DNA from: a virus
Taxonomy: Duplodnaviria; Heunggongvirae; Uroviricota; Caudoviricetes
IMG/VR virus record: IMGVR_UViG_2925846512_000001
Length of the DNA: 64,000 nt
Reading direction: 5' to 3' (one strand)
The position numbers and the translations under genes were made by a program. Below are positions 50,966 to 62,063 of the stretch, piece after piece; position 1 is the stretch's first letter, and each line of letters opens with the position of its first letter. The notes below the pieces were generated by a model. The model was not told where the DNA came from. It ran no database searches and worked only from the letters and a program-made list of their open reading frames with translations.

Positions 50966-51211
50966 TCAATGTCTGGCTTTTTTTCTATAGAAATCACCTG
51001 GAAGGGTGAATATCCACATCAGAAGAAATGTTGCAGCAAACATGATCCCTAATGGCCAGACCGCGCCAAAGAAAATCCATACTAAGATCTCCTCTGCTTG
51101 TTCTTTGCGGTCGATATCGACAAGCATTTTTCGGCTGAACATGTATACACAGAAGCCAATACAAACATATCCTGCAAAAGCGATCGCTAACTGTAAAAAA
51201 TCAGATTGCAT
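50966..51211 (-). CDS. small membrane protein downstream of repL (rlfA position)
   Basis: 81 aa from the internal Met (MQSDFLQLAIAFAGYVCIGF...) with GAGG RBS. Two TM segments. Confidence 0.45.
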   Translation of the reverse strand: MQSDFLQLAIAFAGYVCIGFCVYMFSRKMLVDIDRKEQAEEILVWIFFGAVWPLGIMFAATFLLMWIFTLPGDFYRKKARH

Positions 51212-51241
51212 CTCCGACCTCAAACTGAAAACGCCAGGTGA

Positions 51242-51258
51242 CTCCAGATTAGAGCAAT
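51242..51258 (-). promoter_or_regulatory. C1 operator-like site within the 3' end of repL
   Basis: rc reads ATTGCTCTAATCTGGAG, 12/17. Confidence 0.3.
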
Positions 51259-51261
51259 CTA

Positions 51262-52107
51262 TCACCCTCTGAATCCTGCCGGTATACCCCATTGTTCGTT
51301 ATCTTTATTTTTGGCTAAAACCGCATTAAGAGCTTCGTTTACCGTCATGCAATGCGGCAGATTATCGAAGTTTGATACCCCGCCAATATCAGGAGAACGC
51401 TTGTTCTTCAGGTAAGCATATTTCCGCGCTGCCGCCTCTACCTTCTGCTTGAACTCATGTTTTTGAGCGCGTTTTTTGGATAACCGCAGATTGTCAGCCT
51501 TTGCTTTTGCCTCAGCGATCCATGAAGTCAATTTTTTGAGTCTGGTCGTTCCGGCACCGCCGGAAACTGATCTTTTTGTTTTTTTAACTTGTGACTTCTT
51601 ATTCTTTATTGCCACGTCATCCTGACAGGGGGAGGGGGTATCATTTTGACATGGGGGTGTGGATAAAAAATTAAATAAAGCCAATGTCTTAGCGAGAACA
51701 GCTTTAACCTTGGTTGCCGCTGAAGAGATCTTTAATTTGCTTTCAATCAGCGCATTTTTGGCTTGTTGTGCGAAGGCCAAAAAGGATGGTGTAAACCGGT
51801 ACAGGTTAGCGCGACGTTCACGGTGATCGCCGATAACAATCTCTACAGACAGAATTCCTTTGTTTACAGCTTCACGGAATGCACGAACGACGGTTGATTG
51901 GCTATAACCAGTTTCTGCCGCGATCAGGCGGTGAGGCTTGTGAATGAAGTATTCACTGGTTGTTGCCGCGAGATTTGCACATTGCGACAGGATATGCCCG
52001 GCGCTACGGGATAGACCGGAGTGTGTTACAAAGCAGGCCAATTCATAGCCAGAAAAAGTAAAATCGCTCATCGTTATACAGCTCAGGAAAGTGACTTTAG
52101 CCAGCAT
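51262..52107 (-). CDS. repL: RepL lytic replication initiator
   Basis: 281 aa containing MSDFTFSGYELACFVTHSGLSRSAGH...; second gene of the operator-controlled operon. Confidence 0.85.
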   Translation of the reverse strand: MLAKVTFLSCITMSDFTFSGYELACFVTHSGLSRSAGHILSQCANLAATTSEYFIHKPHRLIAAETGYSQSTVVRAFREAVNKGILSVEIVIGDHRERRANLYRFTPSFLAFAQQAKNALIESKLKISSAATKVKAVLAKTLALFNFLSTPPCQNDTPSPCQDDVAIKNKKSQVKKTKRSVSGGAGTTRLKKLTSWIAEAKAKADNLRLSKKRAQKHEFKQKVEAAARKYAYLKNKRSPDIGGVSNFDNLPHCMTVNEALNAVLAKNKDNEQWGIPAGFRG

Positions 52108-52136
52108 TACAATGCTGGTGGTTCTTACTACGTCTG

Positions 52137-52937
52137 TTAGCGCGTTGCCGCGACAGGTACCAGCACACCAGCATCAAGCAATCGCTTCATCAGCCACTGC
52201 TGACCTTTGCCGGTTATACGAGTCGTGAAAGAAATCCTGCTTCCATTGCTTGTATCGATCACGGTTTCTTTAAGGGTGAAATACCCACGGGATATGTATT
52301 CTTGTTTGGGGACGTTCCTGCGTTCACCGGTTGCGATCAGAATTCCGTTATCACGCAACCAGGTGAAGAGATAGTTTTGGCCCAGGCCGAGCACTTTGGC
52401 ATAGTTGCCGATTAGAACCCCGCTGGCGGTAGCAACGCGTTCGGCGAATTCGACTTTAGGTGCATCCATCAGCATTTTTTGCTCCAGCCGTTGCTTTTGC
52501 TCTGCCAGGTCAGCAGCCAAACGGAGAGCTTCTGGGAGGCTCTTCGGAATAGCAGGTTGTAATCTTCCGGCTCGATAGTCGATAAATGTCTGGTTTACCT
52601 TCAGCCGAAACGCGGGAGAAATCCAGCCTGCGTACTCCACTGCGAGCAATTCATGGGCAAAAGTGCCGCCGCCACGGCCTTCGAACGAAACTATGCAATT
52701 CTGCATAGTTTCTTTTTCAAGCTCTTCGATGAGCTGTTTGGCTGACAGCGTTCTTAGCCATTGAGCTGGCGCTTTATGGGCACCGAGTCCGCTCGCTCTG
52801 TGTAGAGCATTAAGGTTGTAACGGCCAGCGCGGTCGGTCGTAATTTCAACACCACAAATAACAGGCAGAGTGGTTGAAGGATCGACATTTTGATGAAGGT
52901 TTGATATATTCATATCCGCATTGAATGTTTGTTGCAT
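52137..52937 (-). CDS. kilA: KilA (KilA-N domain plus ANT-like C-terminal domain)
   Basis: 266 aa. Its C-terminal half is paralogous to the Ant C-terminus (PEALRLAA.LAEQK..LE...). Confidence 0.85.
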   Translation of the reverse strand: MQQTFNADMNISNLHQNVDPSTTLPVICGVEITTDRAGRYNLNALHRASGLGAHKAPAQWLRTLSAKQLIEELEKETMQNCIVSFEGRGGGTFAHELLAVEYAGWISPAFRLKVNQTFIDYRAGRLQPAIPKSLPEALRLAADLAEQKQRLEQKMLMDAPKVEFAERVATASGVLIGNYAKVLGLGQNYLFTWLRDNGILIATGERRNVPKQEYISRGYFTLKETVIDTSNGSRISFTTRITGKGQQWLMKRLLDAGVLVPVAATR

Positions 52938-53006
52938 TTTTTCTCCAAATTTGCATCAACCTTCAATCACCAGCTCGAAATGGTGATTCTTTGCACTTAG
53001 AAAACG

Positions 53007-53023
53007 AAATTTATTAGAGCAAA
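53007..53023 (-). promoter_or_regulatory. C1 operator Op53 for kilA-repL
   Basis: rc reads TTTGCTCTAATAAATTT, 16/17, 70 bp upstream of kilA. Confidence 0.75.
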
Positions 53024-53101
53024 TTTTTCTGACTCGATCCAGATCGGGTTGGACGATCTGCTCAGAAACCTGCCAGTTTGCTGGCAGGTTTTTTTCTTTT
53101 G

Positions 53102-54145
53102 TTAACCTATTGCTACTGGTTTTAACAAACCAGCATCAAGTAGCTTGCGAGTTAACCACTGCTGGCCTTTACCCGTTAATTGGGGCGTCAGCCGTATCTG
53201 GTAGCCATTTTCATCATCCAGCACCACTTCTTTCACTGTGAAATACCCGGCGTTAATATACTGCTGGCGCGGTACGTTTTTGCGCGCACCAAAAGCCATG
53301 AGAATGCCGTTCTGGCGCAACCATGAGAAAAGGGCGTTTTGCTTAAGTCCAACGACCTTTGCAAAGTTCCCGATCAGGATTCCATTAGCCACTGATACCC
53401 GGTCGGCAAAATCGACTTTAGGGGCAGCGGCCACCAGCTGTTGTTCCAGCTGCATTTTCTGTTCTGCTAACTCGGCAGCCAGGCGTAGAGCTTCTGGTAA
53501 TGTTTGGGGGATCGATGGGGTAGGGGAGTTTGCCTGCTGCAATTCTTCCAGTTTGTCGATCAGCGAACGGCGGACGGCTTTTGATTCGCGTGCGGCGACT
53601 CGCAGGGCTTGTTTGTAGGTCATGGTTATGACAACCATAGGCGTACCGCCACCTGGCGGCACGGTTGCACTTTTTGTGTAACCGTCCTCACCTTCTAATT
53701 CGTCGAGTATTTTTTCGATGAATTTGTTGTTCCGAACCTCTGGTTCCCCACATAACTTACGCGCTTCATTGACCATCTTTAACAGTGTCAGGCTGTCGAT
53801 TGTGTCTCCGGTGTTGGGGATGATATTCACGGCTGGTGCTGGCGTAGCTGACGTAACAGGTGCTGTTTTTTCAACATTCAAATTATTACCGGTCATTCTA
53901 TGTGCCTCCTTTCTCATTTCTGCTGCCACTGTTGCGTAACGTAGACGTCCTTGTTCAATCAAATAATCCCTGATCTCGGCTATCAGTAGCTTGTTGATCA
54001 CAGCCTTATCTGTTCGGGTATAAAAACGTCTGGTTATCATGAAATAGTTGGCAATTGCGCCGGGGATCTCCCGTGTCGGCATACAGGCAGTATGCAGGGC
54101 GATCGCTTCGGCTATGTCATTACGGGTGACGAGAGGTTTTTTCAT
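53102..54145 (-). CDS. ant1: Ant1/Ant2 antirepressor
   Basis: 347 aa, the P1 Ant1 size. In-frame internal starts would give Ant2. Confidence 0.85.
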   Translation of the reverse strand: MKKPLVTRNDIAEAIALHTACMPTREIPGAIANYFMITRRFYTRTDKAVINKLLIAEIRDYLIEQGRLRYATVAAEMRKEAHRMTGNNLNVEKTAPVTSATPAPAVNIIPNTGDTIDSLTLLKMVNEARKLCGEPEVRNNKFIEKILDELEGEDGYTKSATVPPGGGTPMVVITMTYKQALRVAARESKAVRRSLIDKLEELQQANSPTPSIPQTLPEALRLAAELAEQKMQLEQQLVAAAPKVDFADRVSVANGILIGNFAKVVGLKQNALFSWLRQNGILMAFGARKNVPRQQYINAGYFTVKEVVLDDENGYQIRLTPQLTGKGQQWLTRKLLDAGLLKPVAIG

Positions 54146-54363
54146 AAACCCCCCTGAACGTCGGCAGAGAAGGGGAGGCTCCAGTAACTAAGTGGATTGC
54201 GCGAGTTAGTTGAAAAACGGGCAGTAAAAATGCAGGGGCCGTCAGGCAATTGAGAGCGTGCTTCGTCTTCTGTTGCTGCGATAACGAAGTGATAGTGGTG
54301 TTTTTTACAGGAATAGAAACGCCAGATGAATTCTTGGCGTGCGCAAGGATTGGCATTAACCAT
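54142..54363 (-). CDS. icd: Icd, cell-division inhibitor
   Basis: 73 aa. Its stop overlaps the ant1 start (ATGA). Confidence 0.75.
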   Translation of the reverse strand: MVNANPCARQEFIWRFYSCKKHHYHFVIAATEDEARSQLPDGPCIFTARFSTNSRNPLSYWSLPFSADVQGGL

Positions 54364-54384
54364 AGTTACGGCCTCGTAAGTTGA

Positions 54385-54470
54385 TAAACAACCTGCGACC
54401 CGCTGCTAAACAGGTGGCAGGACGTGACGGGGTTAGCAGACTGGCACTTACGAAACCAGCAGGCCGAAGC
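54385..54470 (-). ncRNA. c4: c4 antisense immunity RNA (approximate limits)
   Basis: Non-coding interval between the operator-controlled promoter region and icd, where P1 encodes the c4 RNA. Exact ends cannot be set from sequence alone. Confidence 0.35.
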
Positions 54471-54675
54471 CTCCCCATCACGCCCCACCATAATTCGGGC
54501 GTAACGTGGTTTACGGACACAAAAATACCGCAATATCGGAAATCTGCGGTTGTCCGCGTAAGTATTCAGGCTGCTAAACCCGGTCGCAGAATTTGCTACG
54601 ACGGCGGCACTATAAGCCTGAACGATTAAAAGGTCAATATGATGTGAAAAGATAGCATTCGCGACTTAAAAATAC

Positions 54676-54692
54676 AAATTTATTAGAGCAGA
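54676..54692 (-). promoter_or_regulatory. C1 operator Op51 for the c4-icd-ant operon
   Basis: rc reads TCTGCTCTAATAAATTT, 15/17. Confidence 0.7.
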
Positions 54693-54973
54693 TTAGTGTC
54701 GTGCAATAGATATATTATTTGTGATGAAAAATAATGCAGAGGGATATTGTAACTTTAAGATGGATATCAATAGTCGATACATAAATTAAGTTAGCAATAA
54801 ACTATTAACTTAAGAAATAATGCAGATGGTGAACTTGTCTCTGACTTTTCAGCTATACACAATAAGTTAGGGATAGCTTATAAAAAGTTGATTAATTGAT
54901 ATAAGTCAATGGGAGTATTCTTGTTTACTTTCCGTTCTCGTGGTAACTTCTCGCCGGTTTTTGTTTTTCTGGG

Positions 54974-55495
54974 ATGATTCTTATGTCTAAAAAGTATACT
55001 TTATGCGCTCTTGTTGTATCTGCAATTCTTCTTTCTGGGTGTCAATCTAGCGGTGCTGATTATGCTGCCGATGTTTATGATACCGCTCAATTGAATTCGA
55101 AGCAGGAAACAAAGACAGTCAATATTATCTCTGTGCTTCCAGCTAAAGTGAAAGTTGATAATAAAGCTAATAAAGAAGCGGCACAGACATTTGGTGCGGT
55201 ACTGGGAGCTGTTGCTGGGGGCGTTGCCGGTTATAATGTTAAAGGCACATCGACACTGGGTGCTGTAGCTGGCGGTACTGGTGGTGCGGCTCTTGGTGCA
55301 GCGGCTGGTTCTTTGGTTAGTGATAAAACAATTGTTGAAGGTGTTTCACTGACTTATAAAGAAGGAACTAAGGTGTTCACTTCAACTCAAGTTGGTAAAG
55401 CATGCCAGTTTACAACGGGGCTTGCTGTGCTTATTTCAACTAAAGATAATGAAACTCGAATTCAGCCAAATGCTACTTGTCCAGAAAAGAAATAA
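54974..55495 (+). CDS. Gly/Ala-rich lipoprotein (sim-region candidate)
   Basis: 173 aa with lipobox LLSGC. Confidence 0.5.
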   Translation: MILMSKKYTLCALVVSAILLSGCQSSGADYAADVYDTAQLNSKQETKTVNIISVLPAKVKVDNKANKEAAQTFGAVLGAVAGGVAGYNVKGTSTLGAVAGGTGGAALGAAAGSLVSDKTIVEGVSLTYKEGTKVFTSTQVGKACQFTTGLAVLISTKDNETRIQPNATCPEKK

Positions 55496-55498
55496 TTT

Positions 55499-56038
55499 AT
55501 GAATAAAATTATTTTATTTCTAATCTTTTCTACGTTTAGTGTAGGCACTGCCTTGGCTAACTCGTTGCAAAGTCAAATTGCTGCTATTGCTCAAGCGGAA
55601 AATGAAGGGCGAGCTAAAGAGCAGCAAGCTGAGGATGCCAGAAAAGAACTTATTCGCCAACAAGCACAAGCTGAACGTATTAGAAGAGAAAAAGCAGCAT
55701 CTGCCGCTGCTGCACGCGAAAAACAGCGTGTTGCTGCAGAAAATGAACGTAGAGCGAAACGAGAAGCCGAGCTAGCAAATGACAAGAAGCGAGATCAAGC
55801 TTATGAGGATGAGCTTCGCAAGCTGCAACTCGAAAGCATGAAACTCGAACTGCAAGCAAAAGCGGCTCGTGTCCAGCGAGAAAACGATTTTATAGAGCAG
55901 GAGTTGAAGGAGAGAGCAGCTAAGACAGATGTAATTCAGTCTGAGGCTGATGCAAATAGAAATATTTCTACAGGAAGTAAAGATTTACTGCAAAGCGAAG
56001 GAAAAGCTAGAGAGAAGAAAGCTAGCAGTTGGTGGTAG
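55499..56038 (+). CDS. secreted coiled-coil protein (sim-region candidate)
   Basis: 179 aa; signal peptide, then a Glu/Arg/Ala-rich coiled coil. Confidence 0.45.
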   Translation: MNKIILFLIFSTFSVGTALANSLQSQIAAIAQAENEGRAKEQQAEDARKELIRQQAQAERIRREKAASAAAAREKQRVAAENERRAKREAELANDKKRDQAYEDELRKLQLESMKLELQAKAARVQRENDFIEQELKERAAKTDVIQSEADANRNISTGSKDLLQSEGKAREKKASSWW

Positions 56039-56065
56039 TAATCACTACGATTGCGAGCATACTGT

Positions 56066-56087
56066 CACAAATGACAACTCGTAGAAT
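56066..56087 (+). promoter_or_regulatory. late promoter-like motif
   Basis: CACAAATGAC-N6-TAGAAT. Confidence 0.5.
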
Positions 56088-56094
56088 CTGTTAA

Positions 56095-56685
<591 letters not shown>

Positions 56686-56695
56686 GGGGGCTGAT

Positions 56696-57307
56696 ATGGG
56701 GCTTAATGTTGCTTCAGTAAAGTCTTATGTATCTTCGGCATTAACGACGACATTATTTGGCTCCGGCGTTGGTGAGCGGGAAGTTGGTAAGCTGACGTCA
56801 ATCATCATGAACAAAATGCTGTTCGCGCAAGGATGGCAGTTCTCTGTCGAAGTTGATGGACTGGAGGGGGCAGACTTCTTTGCCAAAGACATTACCTACC
56901 ACGATTACAGCATCGAATATGAAACGATTAAAATCGGCGGAGGGAATATCCTTCAACCAACGGAGCGTTCGCCTGGGCAGATAACAATGATGGTCAGGGA
57001 TACCGTTGATGGCCTCGTTTTAGACTGGTTTAAGACGGCAAAAAGTCGGGTGATCAATCCGGACGGTACCGGGAATATACCGTCTAAATATTTGCTCAAT
57101 GTGCGTATTTATCGGTTGCTGTCTTCCGGCTTAACCAAACTGGAAAATGAGATGACGGTATTCCCGGTCACTACCGGCGATGTCACCTATGCGCGGGATC
57201 AGGTTACGGAATTTAAGTCATTCCCAATGACCTTCGCATTGCACAGCACGTTTAACCAATCCTCAAGTTCTTTGGCTTCCCTTCTGGGCTTTAGTTTTTC
57301 TCTTTGA
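56696..57307 (+). CDS. tail tube protein candidate (P1 tub position)
   Basis: 203 aa, adjacent to the sit/tape-measure region. Confidence 0.45.
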   Translation: MGLNVASVKSYVSSALTTTLFGSGVGEREVGKLTSIIMNKMLFAQGWQFSVEVDGLEGADFFAKDITYHDYSIEYETIKIGGGNILQPTERSPGQITMMVRDTVDGLVLDWFKTAKSRVINPDGTGNIPSKYLLNVRIYRLLSSGLTKLENEMTVFPVTTGDVTYARDQVTEFKSFPMTFALHSTFNQSSSSLASLLGFSFSL

Positions 57308-57321
57308 ATTAAGGAGCAAGG

Positions 57322-58203
57322 ATGCTTTTACCCCTTTTCCCGCTACCATCGCGGCCAACTGAATTGATCCAGTTCCGTCAGCCAAATATTGCTGATGCGA
57401 TGCGTTTCAACTCGATAACACCGGAGGAACAAGAACAACAGACAACGGCGTATTTAAAAGCCTTGCTGGCTGAACCCGCGAAACATGATCCCCTGACATG
57501 GACGGCGCAGGACCGGATTACCGCGTTATGGTGGATATTTACCGGCTCCCGTGAAACACCGGTCGAGACATTCACCTACACCTGTAAACATTGCGGTAAA
57601 GAGCATTATTACGATTGCGATATGAATGCTCTGGCTGAAGATATCCAGGTCCTGGAAGTGGAACCGTTCATTGACGATATTGAGGTGTCTGTAGAGGGCG
57701 TGCCTTATCAATGGCGTATCGTGCCGCTTGATGGTTGGGCAATGGAAATGCTGGAGATGCGCCGTGCAGCATTGCCACCTGAAGACGACGCGGAATTCAA
57801 AGAAGCGATCGTTGATTTGCGTTTTTGGGAATTCGCTTATCAGTGTGAACTTTATAACGATGTTAGCGGTACTCGTGAAGAGCAGGCTGAGCGTCGTTAT
57901 GAAACGATCAAACGGATGGCCATTGATACTGAATTTATGAAGCTGGCGGCACACATCCGGCTGGCTCATGAAAAGCTCGAACATGGTTTACCGTGCTACA
58001 TCGATAAAGGCGAAATGCGTCTTCGTCTCCCGCCGCACAAATGCCCAAACCAGGATACAAAGGAGTCCACAGAGGGTGCGTATACCCGTCTGTGGGTGCC
58101 CTTTCGGGCTACCGACTTCATTCCACAGGTGGGGATTGAAAAGCTATCAGACCTTAGTGTCCAACCTGGTTTTGTATGGGGGTATACCGATTCAGGACGC
58201 TGA
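57322..58203 (+). CDS. tail assembly protein (pmgB position)
   Basis: 293 aa. Confidence 0.4.
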   Translation: MLLPLFPLPSRPTELIQFRQPNIADAMRFNSITPEEQEQQTTAYLKALLAEPAKHDPLTWTAQDRITALWWIFTGSRETPVETFTYTCKHCGKEHYYDCDMNALAEDIQVLEVEPFIDDIEVSVEGVPYQWRIVPLDGWAMEMLEMRRAALPPEDDAEFKEAIVDLRFWEFAYQCELYNDVSGTREEQAERRYETIKRMAIDTEFMKLAAHIRLAHEKLEHGLPCYIDKGEMRLRLPPHKCPNQDTKESTEGAYTRLWVPFRATDFIPQVGIEKLSDLSVQPGFVWGYTDSGR

Positions 58204-58284
58204 AAGGCTCACTGAATCCTATGCGTTTTTCCTGTTGGAGAAACTGGAAGAAAAACTTAAACCGAAGCGGTAGGCGATAAGATC

Positions 58285-61200
58285 ATGGAAAGAAAAAACG
58301 CCAACATTGACGATGTGATAAGGACGGTTGAAACCGCCAGCGCAAAAGAGCTGGAAGAGCTTGCAGGTATTCGGGAAGCCGTTGAAGATTTGAAAGGTGG
58401 GCGAGTTGCTACAGTTGATCCTGTCTCTCGCAGTGTGTCGGCATTAAATCGCACAATCGAAAATTCCCGGCCAGACTTTGTGGCCAATGCGCCATCAGTG
58501 GACCCTATTGTTGAGGCAATGAAACGGCTTAATTTAGGGGACGTTTCTCGTGTAGTTCAGGAGGATGTTGCTCTACAGGAACCGCAGGCCAAATCAACTA
58601 CGCGAAAGGGTAAAAAACGACGCAAGAAGGCTATAACAGAAGATGTAAAGGCGCAACGGACCGAAGCAGCCGAACACGCTCGCGAAATGTTCGGTCAAAA
58701 AGGCGGTGCGCAAAAAAGCCAAAACCAACGCGATGCGCGTGGTCGTTTTATTGGAAAGTCAGGGAGTAAGGCCGCAGCGGAAGATGCCCGTGCTGAACGT
58801 GCTGAAAAGGCCAGGCGCAAAGAGGATGATGAGCGTCTAAATGCTGAATCAGGTTTATTAAAAAAACTGTCAAAAGTAGCTGAAGGCATAGGTAACCCTT
58901 CAGAGACTCGTGCCGTCGATGCGTTAGGTTATGCCGTTGCTGGTCCATTGTGGGCAGCAGGGAAGGAGCTTGGCGGGATATCAAAAGAAGTTGGTGGATC
59001 GCTTAATGGTGCCAGAAAGTCTATTGCCGATGTGATTCGTGGCAATGACGATAACAGCCGTAGAAAAGGTTTTTTTAGGCGTAAATCGCAAAATAGTGCC
59101 GATGTCGTTCAGGTTAACACCCAAAAACGGACGGTTCAGGAACTTCAGGATCAGACCAGCGAAATTAAAGAGGGCAATGACAAGATTCTCAGCGCCCTTG
59201 ATCAGATAGCCAAAAACACCGGGAAAAAGAAGGGCGGCTTGCTGTCCAAATTATTTAGCCTGTTAGGGAAGGGGGCCGGTGGCGTCGCGTCGTTGTTAAT
59301 GGGGCGTGGCATGCTGAAAAAAGCTGGAGCACTCGCTTTTGGCGCTCTGGGGGCAAAGAAACTTGTAGGAATGCTACGCGGTGGTGGCAAGAAGACTCTC
59401 GCCCATGAAGGCGGAGATTTAGCTGCCCGGGCAGCAGGTAAACTTGGATTAAAGGCAGTTGGTAAAGGGGCGTTACGCGCAATTCCCCTAGTCGGCACAG
59501 TGGCTGGAGGTATTTATGATGCGGTAACCGGTTGGAATGATACAGAAGCGCAACGTCGAGCGTTTGGGCTTAAATCAGGACAAGATCCATCATTCCAGCA
59601 AAAAGCCGCTTATACGTTAGCCAATGTTCTTGATTTGGGGGGACTGGTATCTGGTATTAGCAGTGCTATTGGTGATGTTCTCAAATCACTTGGATTTGAG
59701 GATATCGGCAATATGTTGCAATCATTTTCGACGGAAAGTATTGCCCAGGCCATTGATAGTGGGATTACCAACTTAGAAACATATATTTCTAACCTTGGCG
59801 ACACCATTTCTACCAAGTTCGATGATTACACAGCAAAGATTGGTGATGCTGTTTCAGCATGGTTTAGCGATACATCTAATAAGCTGCTTGAAAAGCTGGA
59901 TGCCATCAAAGACTTCTTTACTGTCGATAACCTGAAACAGGTTTTCAGTGATGCAATTGATAGTGCAATTGACTTCATTAAGAACCCAGGGAAACACATT
60001 AAAGAGGCGGCTGGTAATATTTGGGATGGGGTTAAAAATTTACCCGGTAAAGCATTAGATGCAGCGGTTGATGCCGTTAAAAATACCCCTGCGGCAATGA
60101 TTGTATCAAAAATACCCAATCCGATCGGCGAGGCTAATGCGAAAGAAATCACTCCAGAGTTAAAAGCTCCGGTTAATAGCCACCAGGAGACGTCTAATTC
60201 TAAAACTGAATCCGATGCCAAACAGAGTAATATTGCTACCCGCGTGATAAATGCGGCACTGGACACAGCGAAAGATAGCAATAAAACAGTTAAACAAACT
60301 GCCAATCAGATTATCAATGCAAATGCCGTAGAAACGGGCAATAGCGCGTTGCAGAAAATTGATAAAGCTATTGGTCAAAATAGCTCGTCATCATCCTCGC
60401 TTAATACCACTGGCACCAGGAATGACATTCAGAAAGCTGCGGATACCTACAATAATGGCAACTTGGATGTAAAAGTCGGAAGTCTTGGCGCTGAAGGTAA
60501 GGCAAATCTCGATAAGTTGGCTCCGTATTTTGCTGAACTAGAGAATAAATATGGCCTTCCTGAAGGTACTCTTTACGCGATCGCTGCAACTGAATCTGGT
60601 GGTGATCCTAACGCAAAATCTACGCTTACAAGATCACCAAATGGAAAGCTAAGTGGTGGCGCTCTCGGAATGTTCCAGTTTACGAGCGTTGCTCGTGAGG
60701 AAACTGGATTATCCCGGGAAGATTCTTTTAATCCGGAAAAATCGGCAGAAGCTGCGGCTCTTCTCATGAGCAAGTATCTGAAGCAAGCCAATGGAGACTT
60801 AAACGAGGCCATCACTGCATATAACGCTGGGTTTGGCACTATCAATAAGTGGAAAAAAGGCACAGGTGACTTATCGAAAGAAAACCGTGAGTACGCGATC
60901 AAGGTCAATACTCATCGTGCTCGCTATTTAGGTGGTGAAATCTATACACCTGGAGCAGGAGCACAGGGTGGGGCGCAATATGGAGTGAGGGGACCACTGC
61001 CTGATAACGCTGTTATCGATCAGTCTACTGGCTTGGCGTTTACCCCTGGTGATAGCCCGTTTGAGAAAGGCGGTCTGGTAGACAAAATCGGCAATGCTGT
61101 TGGCGTTAACGATCTGGTCAACAAATTCATGAATGGCCGGGGTATGCGTCGGGAAGTCGTTCAGGGAACGCTCGAAGAACGTGCACGAGGGAAGGGGACC

Positions 61201-61707
61201 GCAACAGCAGCTGGCAATGTGTATGTTGATACTCCGATGCCAGTTGAAGAGGCGCGTCCGGTGGCCAGCAACTCAAGTTACTTTGACCAACTCGGCGCAC
61301 AAATGGGGATTGATGGACTATTCGATAAACTCCGCAACTCGCCGGGGATGCGGAAAAATAATGCGCCTGAACCAGCCTCCACGTCCCTGGTGACGACTGC
61401 CGCCAACGATTTGCAGCAACCAACCGGTCGTATGCAGATAGACGGACAGGTTATTAGTGACCTTGGCGGCTCCGGTGCCAAGCCGACAATGCAGTTGGCT
61501 GATAATACCGTTTCACTTGATGGTGAAACGAAGCGGCTGTTTGCGCAGATGACCTCATTGCTTGCCAGGATTGAAGAGCACACTAAAGACTCGGCGAAAG
61601 GCCAGGGAACTGTCGTAAAGGTCAGCACGCCTCAACCGGGCGTTATGCGCACGGTGCCACTGTCAATTGATGATCCGTTGATGAATGACTACGCGAGAGT
61701 TGATTGA
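58285..61707 (+). CDS. sit: Sit, structural injection transglycosylase / tape-measure-like protein
   Basis: 1140 aa. SLT lytic transglycosylase motifs near the C-terminus (ATESGGDPNA...GALGMFQFTS...AYNAG); long helical N-terminal part. Confidence 0.9.
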   Translation: MERKNANIDDVIRTVETASAKELEELAGIREAVEDLKGGRVATVDPVSRSVSALNRTIENSRPDFVANAPSVDPIVEAMKRLNLGDVSRVVQEDVALQEPQAKSTTRKGKKRRKKAITEDVKAQRTEAAEHAREMFGQKGGAQKSQNQRDARGRFIGKSGSKAAAEDARAERAEKARRKEDDERLNAESGLLKKLSKVAEGIGNPSETRAVDALGYAVAGPLWAAGKELGGISKEVGGSLNGARKSIADVIRGNDDNSRRKGFFRRKSQNSADVVQVNTQKRTVQELQDQTSEIKEGNDKILSALDQIAKNTGKKKGGLLSKLFSLLGKGAGGVASLLMGRGMLKKAGALAFGALGAKKLVGMLRGGGKKTLAHEGGDLAARAAGKLGLKAVGKGALRAIPLVGTVAGGIYDAVTGWNDTEAQRRAFGLKSGQDPSFQQKAAYTLANVLDLGGLVSGISSAIGDVLKSLGFEDIGNMLQSFSTESIAQAIDSGITNLETYISNLGDTISTKFDDYTAKIGDAVSAWFSDTSNKLLEKLDAIKDFFTVDNLKQVFSDAIDSAIDFIKNPGKHIKEAAGNIWDGVKNLPGKALDAAVDAVKNTPAAMIVSKIPNPIGEANAKEITPELKAPVNSHQETSNSKTESDAKQSNIATRVINAALDTAKDSNKTVKQTANQIINANAVETGNSALQKIDKAIGQNSSSSSSLNTTGTRNDIQKAADTYNNGNLDVKVGSLGAEGKANLDKLAPYFAELENKYGLPEGTLYAIAATESGGDPNAKSTLTRSPNGKLSGGALGMFQFTSVAREETGLSREDSFNPEKSAEAAALLMSKYLKQANGDLNEAITAYNAGFGTINKWKKGTGDLSKENREYAIKVNTHRARYLGGEIYTPGAGAQGGAQYGVRGPLPDNAVIDQSTGLAFTPGDSPFEKGGLVDKIGNAVGVNDLVNKFMNGRGMRREVVQGTLEERARGKGTATAAGNVYVDTPMPVEEARPVASNSSYFDQLGAQMGIDGLFDKLRNSPGMRKNNAPEPASTSLVTTAANDLQQPTGRMQIDGQVISDLGGSGAKPTMQLADNTVSLDGETKRLFAQMTSLLARIEEHTKDSAKGQGTVVKVSTPQPGVMRTVPLSIDDPLMNDYARVD

Positions 61708-62063
61708 TGGCCAACAATAATGAAATTGATCCTTTACTGACGCTGGAGTTATCCGGCGTAAAAACGTATGAGTCTCAGGAGGAGGCCTGGGGCGCTCGTT
61801 TATATGAGTGGCTAAACACTTATCAGGGTGAGGTATACGGAGATCCGTCATGGGGCAATGTTTTACCGCAGTTTAAACACGAACCGACCAACTTGTCGCA
61901 TGTTCAAATTGCGGTTGAGGCAATGCTGTTGCAAAAACTGACGGTAGATTTACCTGACATACCGATTTCTGGCTTGTCAGTAGCCGAGGGAGATGCTTTT
62001 GATAAGTTGAAAATATCCATTCGTATCAGGGATATAACTATCACACAGGACGTGGTGCTATGA
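61704..62063 (+). CDS. small tail/baseplate protein (pmgA position)
   Basis: 119 aa; ATGA overlap with sit. Confidence 0.4.
   Translation: MMANNNEIDPLLTLELSGVKTYESQEEAWGARLYEWLNTYQGEVYGDPSWGNVLPQFKHEPTNLSHVQIAVEAMLLQKLTVDLPDIPISGLSVAEGDAFDKLKISIRIRDITITQDVVL

Noticed and set aside
59202-60908. Several minus-strand ORFs of 60-160 aa inside sit
   Set aside because: They are antisense to a 1140-aa gene with a strong transglycosylase signature. Their open frames are typical of Ala/Gly-rich antisense sequence.
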